Shown here in pieces: positions 26,766 to 41,229 of a DNA stretch of 64,000 bases. Source of the DNA: Squalus acanthias. Taxonomy: Eukaryota. The stretch covers positions 70,434,001-70,498,000 of the forward strand of contig CM059432.1 of NCBI GenBank assembly GCA_030390025.1, written 5' to 3'. Below the pieces are notes generated by a model. It ran no database searches and had not been told where the DNA came from. It worked only from the letters and a program-made list of their open reading frames with translations. Positions within the stretch are counted from its first letter, which is position 1. The number at the start of each line of letters is the position of its first letter. The position numbers were made by a program, and so were the translations under genes.

Positions 26766-28410
26766 TGTGAAATAGGATGGGTTAGATACAAGGTAAAGCC
26801 CCTTCTAAACTCAAGCCTATTCCTAACCTCAGAAGACTATCTCCAATTGTACTAAAATAAATAATTCCATACCCCATTAACTGTTCCTGCAGCCTCTGAG
26901 ATTTGCCAAAAATTCTGGACAATTTTCTACTCTGGTCTCAAATCCAGTTGGAACTAGGTTGTGACAACCCATTTATGACCCTTGGAACCCATATAGCTTC
27001 TGAAAGACTTTTAACCATTGGAGCTCAAAGGACAGTGTTCGAACCTAGTTCCCCAATACCAGAAACAGTTTTTCATTATGTCTCCACCTCAGTGTAGGTT
27101 TTTAAAAATTTGGAATCGATCATTAAAATGCATCTAGCTTGCTTTAATCCAGCTATGAATTGTTTTGTTTCATATTTTCCATTTCTCTTCACTGTGTAAA
27201 TGTAGTAACTTCACCAATGTTACAAACTTGGAAACTAAAGGAGTTTCAAGGAAAGTTCTAGTTTCAGGAAGTCATCAGTTTTTTTTTTACAGAAGCTTCA
27301 GTTACTGTAATAGAAACCAATGGGGAAGCATGTATTTTATCATTTAAACTTGTTGCAAAAACACAGTTGCAGTTGAACTTATTATACATGTTCCTTTATA
27401 TTGTAATAGTTTTTAAGGTTTTCATTGCAAATCTTTTATGAAAGTGTTTTTTAAACCTTATATTTGGTTTACATGGTACTTCCACCAGATGGCAGTTGTA
27501 GCACATTGGCAAATAGATCAAAGTCTGCATTATCCTTCATTGTCAGGTTATTGGCATTATTTCCAACAGTTATATTTGCTTTTTTTTAAAAGCAATTGAA
27601 AAGGTTTATGCAGGTTGTAAGAGTCTGGATAATCTCAACCTGGTTTCTAGTGGGCTCGGTTCCCAGTCATAAAGGTAAATGGTGTAGGAAATGGAAGAGT
27701 TTCCAGTGACACTGTAGGAAGTATTCTTTTGTGATTTGTGGTTTTAGGGTGTATTGTTGGAACAAAATAGAGAACACTTTACTTTGCTTCTGGTTCATGC
27801 TGTACTTGATGCTGTTATGCTAGACATTGAGGCTAAGTGCCAAAGTAGGAAAAGTATTCCATTCCCTCAGCACTTTGAGCAACAGAAATTTACAACCTGG
27901 CCTCCCCACTGCCCTGCAAAAACATTGAAATGATGAATAAATTGGCATTTGGTAAATTACAAATTACCATCGATCCAAACACCACTTATGAATTGACCAT
28001 TTAACCAAATTATATGAATTTCACAGCATGTTGTACATGTGTAATTATTTTATTGTGCTTTAAATTCATCAGGGAAGTCGAATGAATGTTATTTAATGCA
28101 ATCAATGCAGTCTGATACTTGAATTAATAAGCAATCAGGTATCTAAATGATTCACTTACTCAAACAGGCGTTTGAATAGGCAAGATCTCATTTTACTCCG
28201 GCCCATGTGAATTTTGTACTGGCACTATGACATTACTGCATTACCGAATGCTGAATGTAGAAATCAGTAACAGAAAACCATAAATTAGCGGGACATAGAA
28301 ACAGGAGTAGGCCATTCAGCCCCTCAAGCCTATTCTGCCATTCAGCGAGATCGTGTCTGATCTGTATCTGAACTTCATCCACCTGCCTTGGCTCCATATC
28401 CTTTTATATT

Positions 28411-29450
28411 CATCTCTAGCACAAAGGAAGATGGTTGTGGTGGTTGGTGGTCAATCATCACAGCCCCAGGACATTGCTGCAGGAGTTCCTCAGGGCAGTG
28501 TCCTAGGCCCAACCATCTTCAGTTGCTTCATCAATGACCTTCCCTCCATCATAAGGTCAAAAATGGGGATCTTCACTGATGACTGCAGTGTTCAGTGCCA
28601 TTCGCAACTCCTCAGATAATTAAACAGTCCATGCCCACATGCAACAAGACCTGGACCACATTCAGGCTTGGGCTGATAAGTGGCAGGTAACATTTGCGCC
28701 ACACAAGTGCCAGGCAATGACTATGTCCAAAAAGCGAGAGTCTAACCACCGCCCCTTGACATTCAACAGCATTACCATCGCTGAATCCCCCAACCATCAA
28801 CATCCTGGGGGGTCACCGTTGACCAGAAACTTAACTGGACTAGCCACATAAATACTGTGGCAACAAGATATTCTGCAGTGAATGGCTCACCTCCTGACTC
28901 CCCAAAGCCTTTCCACCATCTACAAGGCACAAGTCAGGAGTGTGATGGAATACTCTCCACTTGTCTGGATGAATGCAGCTCTAACAACACTCGAGAAGCT
29001 TGACACCATCCAGGACAAAGCAGCCCGCTTGATTGGCACGTCATCCACCACCTTAAACATTCACTCCCTCCACCACCGGCGCACCGTGGCTGCCGTGTAT
29101 ACCGTCTACAAGATGCACTGCAGCAACTTGCCAAGGCTCCTTCAGCAGCACCTCCCAAACCTGTGACCTCTACCACCTAGAAGGACATGGGCAGCAGGCG
29201 CATGGGAACACCACCACCTCCAAGTCCCCCGCCATCCTGACTTAGAAGTATATCGCCGTTCCTTCATCATTGCTGGGTCAAAATCCTGGAACACCCTTCC
29301 TAACAGCAGTGTAGGAGTACCTTCACCACACGGACTGCAGCAGTTCAAGAAGGCGGCTCACCACCACCTTCTCAACGGCACTTAGGGATGGGCAATAAAT
29401 GCTGGCCTTGCCAGCGATGCCCAGATCCCATGAATGAATAAAAAAAAAAA
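28411..29450 (+). mobile_element. CR1-clade LINE 3' fragment nested in the host CR1
   Basis: GVPQGSVLGPTIFSCFINDL, FTDD, IYKAQVRSVMEY; tail tgaatgaat plus polyA. Confidence 0.9.
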
Positions 29451-30411
29451 CTAGCAAAAATCTATTATCTCAGATTTATAATTATTAATTGAGCTAGCAT
29501 CTGCTGCTTTTCGTGGGAGAGAGTTCCACACTTCTACCATCCTTTGCGTGAAGAGGTGTTTCCTAACTTCTCTCCTGAATGGCCTGGCTCTGATTTTAAG
29601 TTTATGTCCTCTTGACCTAGACTCTCCCACCAGTGGAAATAGTTTCTCTCTATCTACCCTATCAATTCCTTTCAAAATCCTAAAAACCTCAATTAAATCA
29701 CCCTTTAACCTTCTATATTCCAGGGAATACAAGCCTAGTTTATATAATCTCTCCTCATAACCTAGCTCTGGGAACATTCTGGTGAATCTGCACTGTACTC
29801 CTTCCAAGACCAGTATATCCTTTCTAAGGTGCTGTGCCCAGAACTGTACATAGTACTCCAGATGTAGTCTAACCAGGACTTTGTATAGCTGTAGCAAAAC
29901 GTCCTCCCCTTTATATTCTAGCTCTCTAGTTATAAAGACTAACGTTCCATGAGCCTTTCTGATTATTCTTTGTACCTGACTACTACATTTCAGTGATCCG
30001 TGTACATGAACCCCTAAATCTCTTTGGAATCCTGCTGTTCCTAGCTTTTCACCATTCACAAAATACTTGGATCTATCCAAAATGGATCGCCTCACACTTA
30101 CCTGTGTTGAAATCTATCTGCCACTGTTTTGTCCACTCACTTAATCTATCAAGCCTCTCTGTAATTTTATGCTTCTGTCGACACTACTTACTCTGCCATT
30201 AATCTTTGTGTAATCAGCAAACTTGGATATATGGCTCTCTATTGTGTTATCCAAGTCATTAATAAATATAGTGAATAATTGAGGCCCAACACAGATCCTT
30301 GTGGGACACCACTCATCACTTCCTTCCAATTCAAGTGCATACTCATCATCCCTACTCTGTCTTCTACTGCCAAACCAATTTCTTAACCAGGTCAATAAAT
30401 TGCCTTCAATT

Positions 30412-32168
30412 CATAGAATTATAGAATGGTTACAGCACAGAAGAAGACCATTTGGCCCATTGAGCCCATGCCGACTCTCGGCTAGTCCCACTCCCTCGCT
30501 CTTTCCCCGTAGCCCTGCAAATTTTTTTCCTTCAGATACTTATCCAACTCCCTTTTGAAAGATAAGATTGAGTCTGCCTCCACCACCCTTTCAGGCAGTG
30601 CATTCCAGATCTTAACCACTCGCTGCATAAAAAAGTTTATTCTTACGCCGCCTTTGGTGCTTTTGCCAATCACCTTAAATCTTTGTCCTCTGGTTCTCGA
30701 CTCTCCTACCAATGGGAACAGTTTCTCTCTACCCTGTCGAGACCCCTCATGATTTTGAACACCTCTATCAAATCTTTTCTCAGTCTTCTCTGCTCCAAGG
30801 AGAACAACCCCAGCTTCTCCAGTCTGTCAACATAACTGAAGCCCCTCATCCCTGGAATCATTCTCGTAAATCTTTTCTGCACCTTCTCTAAGGCCTTCAC
30901 ATCCTTCCTAAAGTGTGGTGCCCAGAATTGGACACAGTACTCCAGTTGGCGCCAAACCAGTGTTTTATACAGGTACATCATAATTTCCACACTTTTGTAC
31001 TCTATACCTCTATTTATGAAGCCCAGGATCCCATAAGCCTTTTAAACCGCTTTCTCAACCTGCCCTGCCGCCTTCAACGATTTGTGCACACATACCCCCA
31101 GGTCTCTCTGTTCGTGCACCCACTTTAGAATTGCACCATTTAGTTTATATGTCCTCTCTTCATTCCCTCTACCAAAATGTATCACTTCACACTTTTCTGC
31201 GTTAAATTTCATCTGCCACGTGTCTGCCCATTTCACCAGCCTGTCTGTCTTCCTGAAGTCTATCACTCTCCTCCTCACTGTTCACTATACTTCCAAGTTT
31301 TGTGTCATCTGCAAATTTTAAAATTGTGCCCTGTACGCCCACATCCAAGTCATTAATATATATCAAGAAAAGAAGTGGTCCGAGTACCGACCCCTGGGAA
31401 ACACCACTGTATACCTTCCTCCAATCCGAAAAACAACCGTTCACCACTACTCTCTGTTTCCTGTCACTAAGCCAATTTCGTATCCATGCTGCCACTGTCC
31501 CTCTTATTCCATGGGCTTCAACTTTGCTGACAAGCCTATTATGTGGCACTTTGTCGAACACCTTTTGGAAATCCATGTACACTACGTCAACCGCATTACC
31601 CTCATCAACCCTCTCTGTTACCTCATCAAAGAACTCGATCAAGTTGGTTAAACATGATTTGCCTTTAACAAATCTGTGCTAGCTTTCTGTAATTGATCCA
31701 CACCTATCCAAGTGACTGTTAATTTTGGCCCTGATTACTGTTTCTAAAAGCTTCCCCACTACCGAGGTCAAACTGACTGGCCTGTAGTTGCTGGGTTTAT
31801 CTTTACACCCTTTTTTGAACAATGGTGTAACATTTGTAATTCTCCAGTCCTCTGGCACCACCCCCATATCTATGGAGGATTGGAATATTATAGCCAGTAC
31901 CTCCGCCTTCAATTCCCTCAGGATGCATCCCATCCGCTCCTGGTGCTTTATCTACTTTAAGTACAGCCAGCCTTTCTAATACCTCTTCATCAATTTTTAT
32001 CCTATCAAGTGTCTCCACTACCACCTCCTTCACTATGTCTATGGCAGCATCCTCTTCCTTGGTGAAGACAGATGCAAAGTACTCGTTTAGTACCTCAGCC
32101 ATACCCTCTGCCTCCATGCATAGGTCTCCTTTTTGGTCTCTAATCGGCTGCACCCCTCCTCTTACTAA
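30412..32168 (-). mobile_element. CR1 LINE nested in the host CR1
   Basis: RT motifs DVVYMDFQKVFDKVPH, QGSVLGP, FADD; own 3' tail catagaattatagaa. Confidence 0.9.
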
Positions 32169-34094
32169 TTTTAGCTTGCAGTCTCTTATGTGGAACCTTA
32201 TCGAATGCCTTCTGGAAGACCATATAAAATACATCCATAGTGATTTTTGTACTGGCACTATGACATTACTGCAGCAGTGAGTGCTGAATGTAGAAATCAG
32301 TAACAGAAAACCATAAAGTAGAGGTTTCCTTTGAAGTAGCTTCTTTGTTTCACCAATTGGTTTATTTTTGATTTATTTCTTTTGTAGTCTTCATCTGATT
32401 GTATTACACAAACTCCCTCTTTTGAAAACTGCTATTTTGCCTCTAACTGTCATGACAGTCAAACTGTGTTTGGTTCATGATCGCAGTCGAGTAATTTTTC
32501 TGACATCGAGGCATTGAAACCTGACTCTAAAATAAGGCATCTTGGTGTTGTAATTGCAAAACATTTATCATTAAATATCATGCAGCATTCTTTTGTACTT
32601 CGAGCTTTTGTCTACAAACCCAGGATCGAACCAAATGCATAATGTATTTTAATCTTGGAATTACATTGACACTAAACTGTACAACTGTACAGAGCAACTA
32701 TTTACCTTTATAGATATTATCAGAAAAAACATATTTTCTTTCCACTGGAAGGGAAGCCACAGCCCTCCGCTATTATTGTGCATATGCTGTAGTAAGCAAT
32801 TATCTACATCCGGTTGAGAATCTAATTCACAGAGCAACATGAGAGCTTGAACTACTAAACATTCAAAATATTCTTTGATTTCTAACCGCTCTGTCAGAAA
32901 TATGTTTAACCGAGTTAATGCATTTTTTTTTCCTGAAATTGGGTTTGACTTGTTCCAATTTGTTTTTACATAATTGTGCTTCCTGGTGTAAATTTTGAGC
33001 TTGTTTCTTGTTTGTAAAGAAAAGTATGGATTAAATGGTGCCTAGGCCTTGATTTGAACAATCTGCAGATTAAGATTGCAGCAGATTCAGCAATGGTTTA
33101 GATTAGTTGGGCCATGGTTGTTTTTAATTGCCATGATGACAATCTTTTTATATGTTATGTCCCGTAAGGAATTGATTTGCAGGAAGTGGCATTCCTCTCC
33201 TCCCTCTATTGCTTAATTTCCTGATGTATCAGAAACTGCAGCACGCATTTAGGGGACTTCAGATGACCTAGTAAAGTCTTGTGGAGTGAATTTCCCCTTT
33301 TGCATGCGAGAAATGTGTTCGAGCTGGGGTTTTTTTGTTTTGTAACTAATTTGCAGGAATGCAGTACTTTGAACAGTGCGATTCCGGTGAGAATGATGTT
33401 GCTGGAATGCACACGCAACTAATGAGCCAATTGGAACACTTATGTGATTATGCTGCTAATCCAATCGGTAAGCATCAAACTACATAACTGATATAAAATG
33501 CATATATTTTGTGAATACAACTGTGGAGTATACAGTGGCGTTCATTAGTGGCTGAGAAAAGCATTGTTGTGCTTTGCTAAATATATTCCCTGTATGAAAA
33601 TCTTCTTGGTGCAAAAACCATTGTACCTCCTCCTTGCTCTTGTCGAACATGCTTTGCTGATATAAATTTGAGGCAAGCGGATTGCTGACATGTTGGTAGA
33701 TACGATTTTTTTGTTACAAAGAACCATTTTTACCCCGTGTGCCAATTTAGATAGTGGTTACCCACGTCCATCATTCAATAAATATCGGTGTTACAAATTC
33801 AGATCAGTACTAGATATTCTCTCTGGTTTGGCAATCACCAGTATGAAGGCATGGCCCGTGTACAGTAAATGTAAGATCCCTTGTGTACCAGATACCATGA
33901 CTTTGCAAATGCTCCATGTGCATTTCTCCTATCCTCTGGAAGGTAGACTGATGAGAAGTCTAATGAGATGAGGCCAATTATAAATTGGTTTACTTTACAT
34001 GAAATACATGACTTGAACACATTACCATTTTCACAATGAGGTTTGCCTATTTCTTATTGCCCCTAGTATCATCAAAAGTAATACATTTCAGAAA

Positions 34095-35200
34095 CATGCA
34101 TTTATATAGCACCTTTAAACTAGTATAGAAGGTCCCCAGGCACTTTACAGATGCAAAAGGAAAACTGATGCAGTCAAAAAAAAATTAAATGGGGCGACCA
34201 GAAGTTTGGTCCAAAAAGTTGGTTTTAGGGAGGAGAGGAAGATGGATGGCCTTGGGGAGTGAATTCCTGAAGATGGGGCCTAGGTGGCCAAAGACATAGC
34301 AGTGATGGGATAAAAGGAGAGGGGGAATGCACATGAGGCTGGAGTCAGGAAATGAGAATTTGGAGGGGGGTGTTGTCGGGCTGGAGGAGGTCAGAGATAG
34401 GAAGAGGTGAAATCATGGATAAATTTAAACACAAGGCTAGAAATTTCAAATTTGAGGCATTGGGATGATGGGCGAGAGGGACTTGGCACAGGATAGGATT
34501 GGGCAGTAGAGTTTTGGATGAGCTGAAGTTTGTGGAGGAAGGGAGGCTGGCCAGGAGAGCGTTGAGAGTAATCAAGTTCCAAGGTGGCAAAAGCATGAAA
34601 CATAGAAACATAGAATCTAGGAGCAGGAGTAGGCCATTCGGCCCGTCGAGCCTGCTCCACCATTCAATACGATCATGGCTGATCATTCAAATCCAGTACC
34701 CTGTCCCTGCTTTAATCCCCACAGTACACATACCCCACCCTACCCCCGTAACCCCACGTATTTAATTCCCCCTAACATATCCCATCCTATCCCCATAACC
34801 CCACATATTTAATCCCCCCCTAACACTAAGGGTCAATTTATCATAGCCAAATCAACCTAACCCGCACATTTTTGGACTGTGGGAGGAAACCGGAGCACCC
34901 GGAGGAAACCCACGCAGACACGGGGAGAATGTGCAAACTCCACACAGTCACCCGAGGTCAGATTCGAACCTGGGTCCCTGGCGCTGTGAGGCACCAGTGC
35001 TAACCACTATGCCACCGTGTTGCCCTCTAACCACTATGCCACCGTGTTGCCCTAATGAGAGTTTCAGTGGTAGATGTTACAGGGGTGAAGTAGGGAATCT
35101 TTGTGATGGAGCAGATATTGGGTTGGAAGCTCAGCTCGGAGTTGAATGGGATGCCGAGATTGCAAATAGTCTGTTTCGGCCTGAGACTCTGAGCCCTTGA
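34095..35200 (-). mobile_element. L2-like LINE fragment interrupted by a V-SINE
   Basis: LDYS..LLA.LP..LHKLQLIQN peptide and gcatttatatagcacc tail. Confidence 0.7.
34598..35052 (-). mobile_element. HE1-like V-SINE (tRNA head, V-domain, CR1-derived tail) with duplicated 5' end
   Basis: V-domain ggaggaaaccggagcacccggaggaaacccacgcagacacggggagaatgtgcaaactccacacag; B-box on the - strand; tandem copy of ctaaccactatgccaccgtgttgccc. Confidence 0.85.
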
Positions 35201-35611
35201 TTTGGGCCTACCTTCACTTTACAAGTTAGTATACATTGAACTGGTTGGCACTAACCTTGGGAAACTGAATTCTTCGGCAGGCTTGAATCAAAATGTTGCA
35301 GACTGCTTTCTCCATCCCAAGAGAGAGAAAAAGCCCAAAAAGATTAATTTCCTCCCTTCTTCCTAGCTCACTATAGCCCACCAATCATAACTACCACTGG
35401 CTTGGTGTGGGGGTCATGTCACTACATTGGCCAGCTAGTGCTGTGTTCACTCCAATGTTAGGCATTCTAACACTATAGGTGGGAATATTTTTAAACTATA
35501 CTAACGAGCCCCATTGTCTCAAACTGAGATGGTATGTGAGAAACACATTTCCGTTAGCCACTTGGTCTTGATCCCAGCTAATGGGCCTAATCAACATTCC
35601 GCGTTCGCAAA

Positions 35612-35725
35612 TAAAGAAAGACTTGTATTTATATAGCGCCTTTCACGACCACCAGACGTCCCAAAGCACTTTACAGCCAGTGCAGTACTTTTTGAAGTGT
35701 AGTCACTGTTGTAATGTAGGAAATA
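35612..35725 (-). mobile_element. SINE 3' fragment (same family as 44680-45000)
   Basis: aaagaaagacttg..cctttcacgaccaccagacRtcccaaag shared. Confidence 0.7.
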
Positions 35726-36959
35726 GCAGTTAAATCTTTGTGGGCTGAATTTATCCTAATAGCAACAATTTAGTATAAATTACAGCCCTCCTATGCCAAA
35801 ATGAGACAATTGGGAGGAGGATAGAATACTGTTTGGTTGAGACTTGCAATTTTTTTAACAAACTAAATACATGTGTTTAACAACATGTACACCTGGTATA
35901 CTGCCTCTACAAAACCTGAGGTAAGAGAAAAGGAGTAGGAAAATGCAGACAGTGTAATGGCAGGCAAAGGTGAAAAACCAGGAGAGATGAATAGAAGTGA
36001 CGGGAAAAAACAGGGAGTTAAAGATGTATACAGCTGAATGAACGTGTGAGTGATCAAACAGAGGGCAAAAGTATTTTAATTAAAGTATCAATTAATGGTA
36101 TACTTTCTGCAGTCACACCCCGAATGTAAGAAACTAAAAGGAAGATGAAAATTATACCAAGAAAAGTTTGATCTTGATATGGTGAGATTGGTTTGGTGGG
36201 GTGTGTCGGCATAAAGTCAAGCAAACTGATAATTTGGAAAGGTTTCAAGAAACAAACAATAGAGATAGTACTGTCTCTTAAATCAATGGGCTATGTCTGT
36301 CTGTTGTTAAAAATAAGAAAGCAGAATGTAGGATTCTGGAAGAAAATTGGTGGTGTTGATGTAAATAAGTCTATGTTTAAATTGGAAGAAGAGAACTGAT
36401 GAGCCAAGGAAACCTTGAACTATATGTATAAGACATAATTACTTAACATATGGAGTTGCAAACATGGGAATCAGCTGTCAATTAGTGCAATGAATGTGCA
36501 CTTCTTTGAAAATAAATCGGAAGATTTCCCATTTAAACGGTACAGGGTTATGGGCTTGGTACAAAGGCAAGATCGATAAGAGAACGGTCTGCCTAGCTCC
36601 AGTAATTAGACTTAAACAGATTGGTGACCTGGATAGGCTGAATGGCTTTTCTTCACTTATTCCTACCTCCTTACAACCCTCAGGAATATCTCCTCATTAG
36701 TACATCATGGGTTGAACGTACAATCGACAGTCTTGTATTCTGCAATAACTTACAGGATTTACATGCAGTTGATCTCCTGTCGTGTTGCTCATTGACATAT
36801 TTCAAAGAATGATATAGCACAGGAGACGACAATTTGGCCCATTGTTCCTGTATCGGCTCATTGGTAGAGCCACCCAATTAGCCCCACTTCCCTGCTCTTT
36901 CCCCATAGTCCTGTTTAAAAATAAATAAATAAATAAATAAAATTTAAAAATTCCCTTCA

Positions 36960-38145
36960 ACATAAGAACATAGAAATAGGATCAGGAGTAGGCCATTTGG
37001 CCCCTCGAGCCTGCTCCATCGTTCAATAAGATCATGGCTGATCTGATCTTGGCCTCAACTCCACTTTCCTGCCTTTTCCCCATAACCCTTGACTTCCCTG
37101 TAGCTCAAATATCTCTGCCTTGAATATATTCACTGACTCAGCCTCCACAGCTCTCTGAGGTAGAGAATTCCAAAGATTCACAACCCTCTGAGAGAAGAAA
37201 TTCCTTCTCATCTCTGTCTTAAATGGGCTTTATCCTGAAACTATGCCCCCTAGTTCTAGATTCCCCCACGAGGGGAAACATCCTCTCAGCATCTACCCTG
37301 TCGAGCCCCCTCAGATTCTTGTATGTTTCAATAAGATCACCTCTCATTCTTCTAAACTCCAATGAGTATAGGCTCAACCTTTCCTCATAAGACAACCCTT
37401 TCATCTCAGGAATCAGCCTAGTGAGCCTTCTCTGAACAGCCTCCAATGCAAGTATATCCCTCCTTAAATAAGGTGACCAAAACTGTACGTAGTACTCCAG
37501 GTGTGGCCTCACCAATGCCCTGTACAGTTGTAGCAAGACTTCCCTACTTTTATACTCCACTCCCCTAGCAATAACGGCCAACCAACATTCCATTTGCCTT
37601 CCTAATTACTTGCTGTTTCCTGCATGCTAACCTTTTGTGTTTCATGTACGAGGACCCCCAGATCCTTCTGTACCGCAGCATTCTGTAGTCTCTCCATTTA
37701 AATAATATTTTGCTTTTCTATTCTTCCTGCCAACATGGATAACCTCACATTTTCCCACATTATACTCCATCTGTCAAATTTTTGCCCACTCACTTAACCT
37801 ATCTATATCCTTTTGCACACTCTTTGTGTCCTCCTCACAACTTGCTTTCCCACCTGTCTTTGTATCGTCAGCAAATTTGGCTACAGTACACTCGGTCCCT
37901 TCATCCAAGTCATTAATATAGATTGTAAATAGTTGAGGCCCCAGCACTGATCCCTGTGGCACCCCACTAGTTAAAGTTTGCCAACCTGAAAATGACCAAT
38001 TTATCCTGACTCTCTGTTTTCTGTTAGTTAACCAATCCTCTATCCATGCTAATATATTACCCCCAACACCATGAGCTCTTATCTTGTGCAGTAACCTTTT
38101 ATGTGGCACCTTATCGAATGCCTTTTGGAAATCCAAATACACTAA
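36960..38145 (-). mobile_element. CR1 LINE RT/3' fragment
   Basis: YLDFQKAFDKVPH..GVPQGSVLGP..FADD; tail cataagaacataga. Confidence 0.93.
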
Positions 38146-38752
38146 ATCTACTGTTTTTTTTGATCCAATTCCCTTTTGAAAGTTTACTATTCAATCTTCT
38201 TCCACTACCCTTTCAGGCAGTGCATTCCAGATCGTAATAACTTGCTGCTTAAATTTTTTTGCCTATCATTTAAATCTATGTCCTCTGGTTACTGACCCTT
38301 CCGCCACAGTTTCTCCTTATTTACTCTATCAAAACCGTTCATGACTTTCAACATCTCTATCAAATCTCCCCTTAACCTTATCTGCTCTAAGGAAAACAAC
38401 ACCAGTCTCTCCACATAACTTATTATATATTGATTTACCCTGTAGCACTGGTATTGAATTAGATTTACCATCCTTATTGTTAAGCTTAGAAACTCTAATG
38501 TACAGTGGAAGGCAATCAAGTCATCATAACAGGAAAAAGTGCCTTGCAGGCCACATCGAAAGATAAAGTCTGACTATTTTGGACATGGGTGTCATTTTGC
38601 GCTCTTGTCTGCAGTTCAATATGGAAACTTTGTTCTTTTTATATTTACAAAAAACCCTGTAAATTTTTTGTTATTTCTGTAATGTTGCTATTAAGTGTGC
38701 TTTCTAATCAGGATCTGATTAAGATAATCAACAAATATTTTGTTCTCCATTA

Positions 38753-40375
38753 TCATAGAATCATAGAAATTTAGAATCATAGAAATTTACAGCATAGAAG
38801 GAGGCCATTCGACCCATCGTGTCTCAACTCCCCTCTAATCCTTCTACCAATTGCTTTAAATCTATAAATCTATGCCCCCTGGCTATTGACTTCTCTGCTA
38901 GGGGAAATAGGTCCTTCCTATCCACTCTATCTAGGCCCCTCATAATTTTATACACCTTAATTAAGTCTCCCCTCAGCCTCCTCTGTTCCAAAGAAAATAA
39001 CCCGGGCCTATCCAATCTTTCCTCATAGCTAAAATTCTTCAGTCCAGGCAACATCCTTGTAAATCTCCTCTGTACCCTCTTTCCTGTAATGTGGTGACCA
39101 GAACTGTAGACAGTACTCTAGCTGTGGCCTAACTAGTGTTTTAACTAGCATAAACTTCTTGCTCTTGTATTCTATGCCTCGGCTAATAAAGGAAAGTATC
39201 CCGTATGCCTTCTTAACCACTTTATATACCTGTCCTGCTACCTTCAGGGATCTGTGGACATGCACTCCAAGGTCCCACTATTCCTCTACACTTCAGTATC
39301 CTACCATTTATTGTGTATTCCCTTGCCTTGTTAGCCCTCCCCAAATGCATTATCTCACACTTCCAGATTAAATTCCATTTGCCACTTTTCTGCCCACCAG
39401 ACCAGTCCATTGATATCTTCTTGCAGCATACAGCTTTCTTCCTCACTATCAACCACACGGCCAGTTTTTGTATCATCTGCAAACTTCTTAATCATGCCCC
39501 CTACATTGAAGTCCAAATCATTGATGTATACCACAAAAAGCAAGGGACCTAGTACTGAGCCCTACGGAACCCCACTGGAAACAGCCTTCCAGTCACAAAA
39601 ATATTTGTCGACCATTACCTTTTGCTTCCTGACATTGAGCAAATTTTGGATCCAACTTGCCACTTTCCCTTGGATCCCATGGGCTTTTACTTTTCTGACC
39701 AGTCTGCCATGTGGGACCTTGTCAAAAGCCTTGCTAAAATCCATGTAGACTACATCAAATGCGCTACCCTCATCAACCCTCCTTGTTACCTCCTCAAAAA
39801 ATTCAATCAAGTTAGTCAGACACGGCCTCCCCTTAACAAATCCATGCTGACTGTCCTTGATGTGCCTTTCTAAATGACGATTGATACTGTCCCTCAGAAT
39901 TTTTTCCAACAATTTGCCCACTGCTGAGCTTAGGCTGACTGGCCTGCAAATACTCGGTCTATCTCTTTCTCCCTTTTTAAACAATGGTACAACGTTAGCA
40001 GTCCTCTGGCACCACACCTGTAGCCAGAGAGGATTGAAAAGTGACGGTCAGAGCCGCCTCTATTTCCTCCCTTGCTTCTCTTAACAGCCTGGGATACATT
40101 TTATCTGTGCCTGACGATTTATCTACTTTCAAAGATGCTAAACCCCTTAGTATTTTCTCTCTCATTATGTTTATCTCATCTAATATTTCACACTCCTCCG
40201 CCTTAACTACGATGTCTGCATCGTCCCTCTCTTTTGTGAAGACAGACGCAAAGTATTCATTAAGAACTATATCCACATCTTCTGCCTCCTCCACACAAGC
40301 TTCATTTTTGGTCTCTAATAGGCCCTACTCGTTCTTTAGTTATCCTCTTGCTCTTTATGTATTTATAAAACATCT
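38753..40375 (-). mobile_element. CR1 LINE fragment
   Basis: ANVVPLFKKG..QHGFVKGR.CLTNL..MDFSKAFDKVPH..FADD; (catagaa) tail. Confidence 0.93.
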
Positions 40376-40551
40376 GAATTATAGTCAGACAGACTTGGGA
40401 CCAAATTAATGATTTGAAACTTTTTTATTAAACAATCACCTCGTGCTTATTGTTTGAAACTGCTCTGCTGTTACTGTTTGTTCAGCAGAGTACAAGCTAA
40501 ATCATGTAGGATTTAGATCACAGTTATTTTTTTTTGAAGCCATGTATTATG

Positions 40552-41229
40552 GGCCGTAATTTGCAGTAAGGCATGCGCTAAACCCGGAACTTGCCATCTG
40601 TCAAGAATTTTCTTGGCAGATCATCCGTATCCCCGGGAAAAGGGCATTCGCGGGTGGAGAGTTGGGCTATGTGCCCAACTTTTGCCCAGCGAATGCTGGT
40701 GAAATTCTTACGCCTGGTAAAAGCAAGCATATGGCCTGCTTTTACCAGCATTTTAAAACAGAAAAATAAAATGTTATCAATTTATACATTTAAAAACCTG
40801 TGAAATAAGGTAAGTTTATTTTTAGCCCCTTTAAAACATGTAAATTTATTTTTCAAAAAATTAAATTTTTGTTTTAAATATTTAATTAAATGCCATTTTA
40901 AATGTGATTTTTTTTTTTTAATTTATTTGAAGTGTAGAGGTATTTTTTTGGGTATTCCCATTCATGTTTATGGGGATTCTGTACATACGGCATTCCCATA
41001 AGTATGAATGGGGATTCCCCTTCTGTCATTGGTTGGGCCGGCCCACGAGATCCCGGGGCGCTTGCGAACCACATGTGCCCCTGGGATACGTGGGCCTCTT
41101 CCTGCGGGTACCTGGAGAGGCTTAGAACCGTGAGTCTCCGTACCTCCCGGACCACCAGGTACGCGCGGATTTTATTTGCGAATCAGAGGCATTTCCCCGC
41201 GGGAAGCTTCCGACCACAAATTCAGGGCC
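40552..41229. mobile_element. MITE-like non-autonomous DNA transposon
   Basis: Imperfect TIR GGCCGTAATTTG / CAAATTCAGGGCC; GC-rich arms around an AT-rich core. Confidence 0.65.

Larger units (their letters stand above)
28293..32238 (-). mobile_element. Host CR1 LINE (-) carrying two nested LINEs
   Basis: Collinear pieces 28293-28410, 29451-30410 and 32169-32238; flanked by an ~82-bp direct repeat. Confidence 0.8.
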
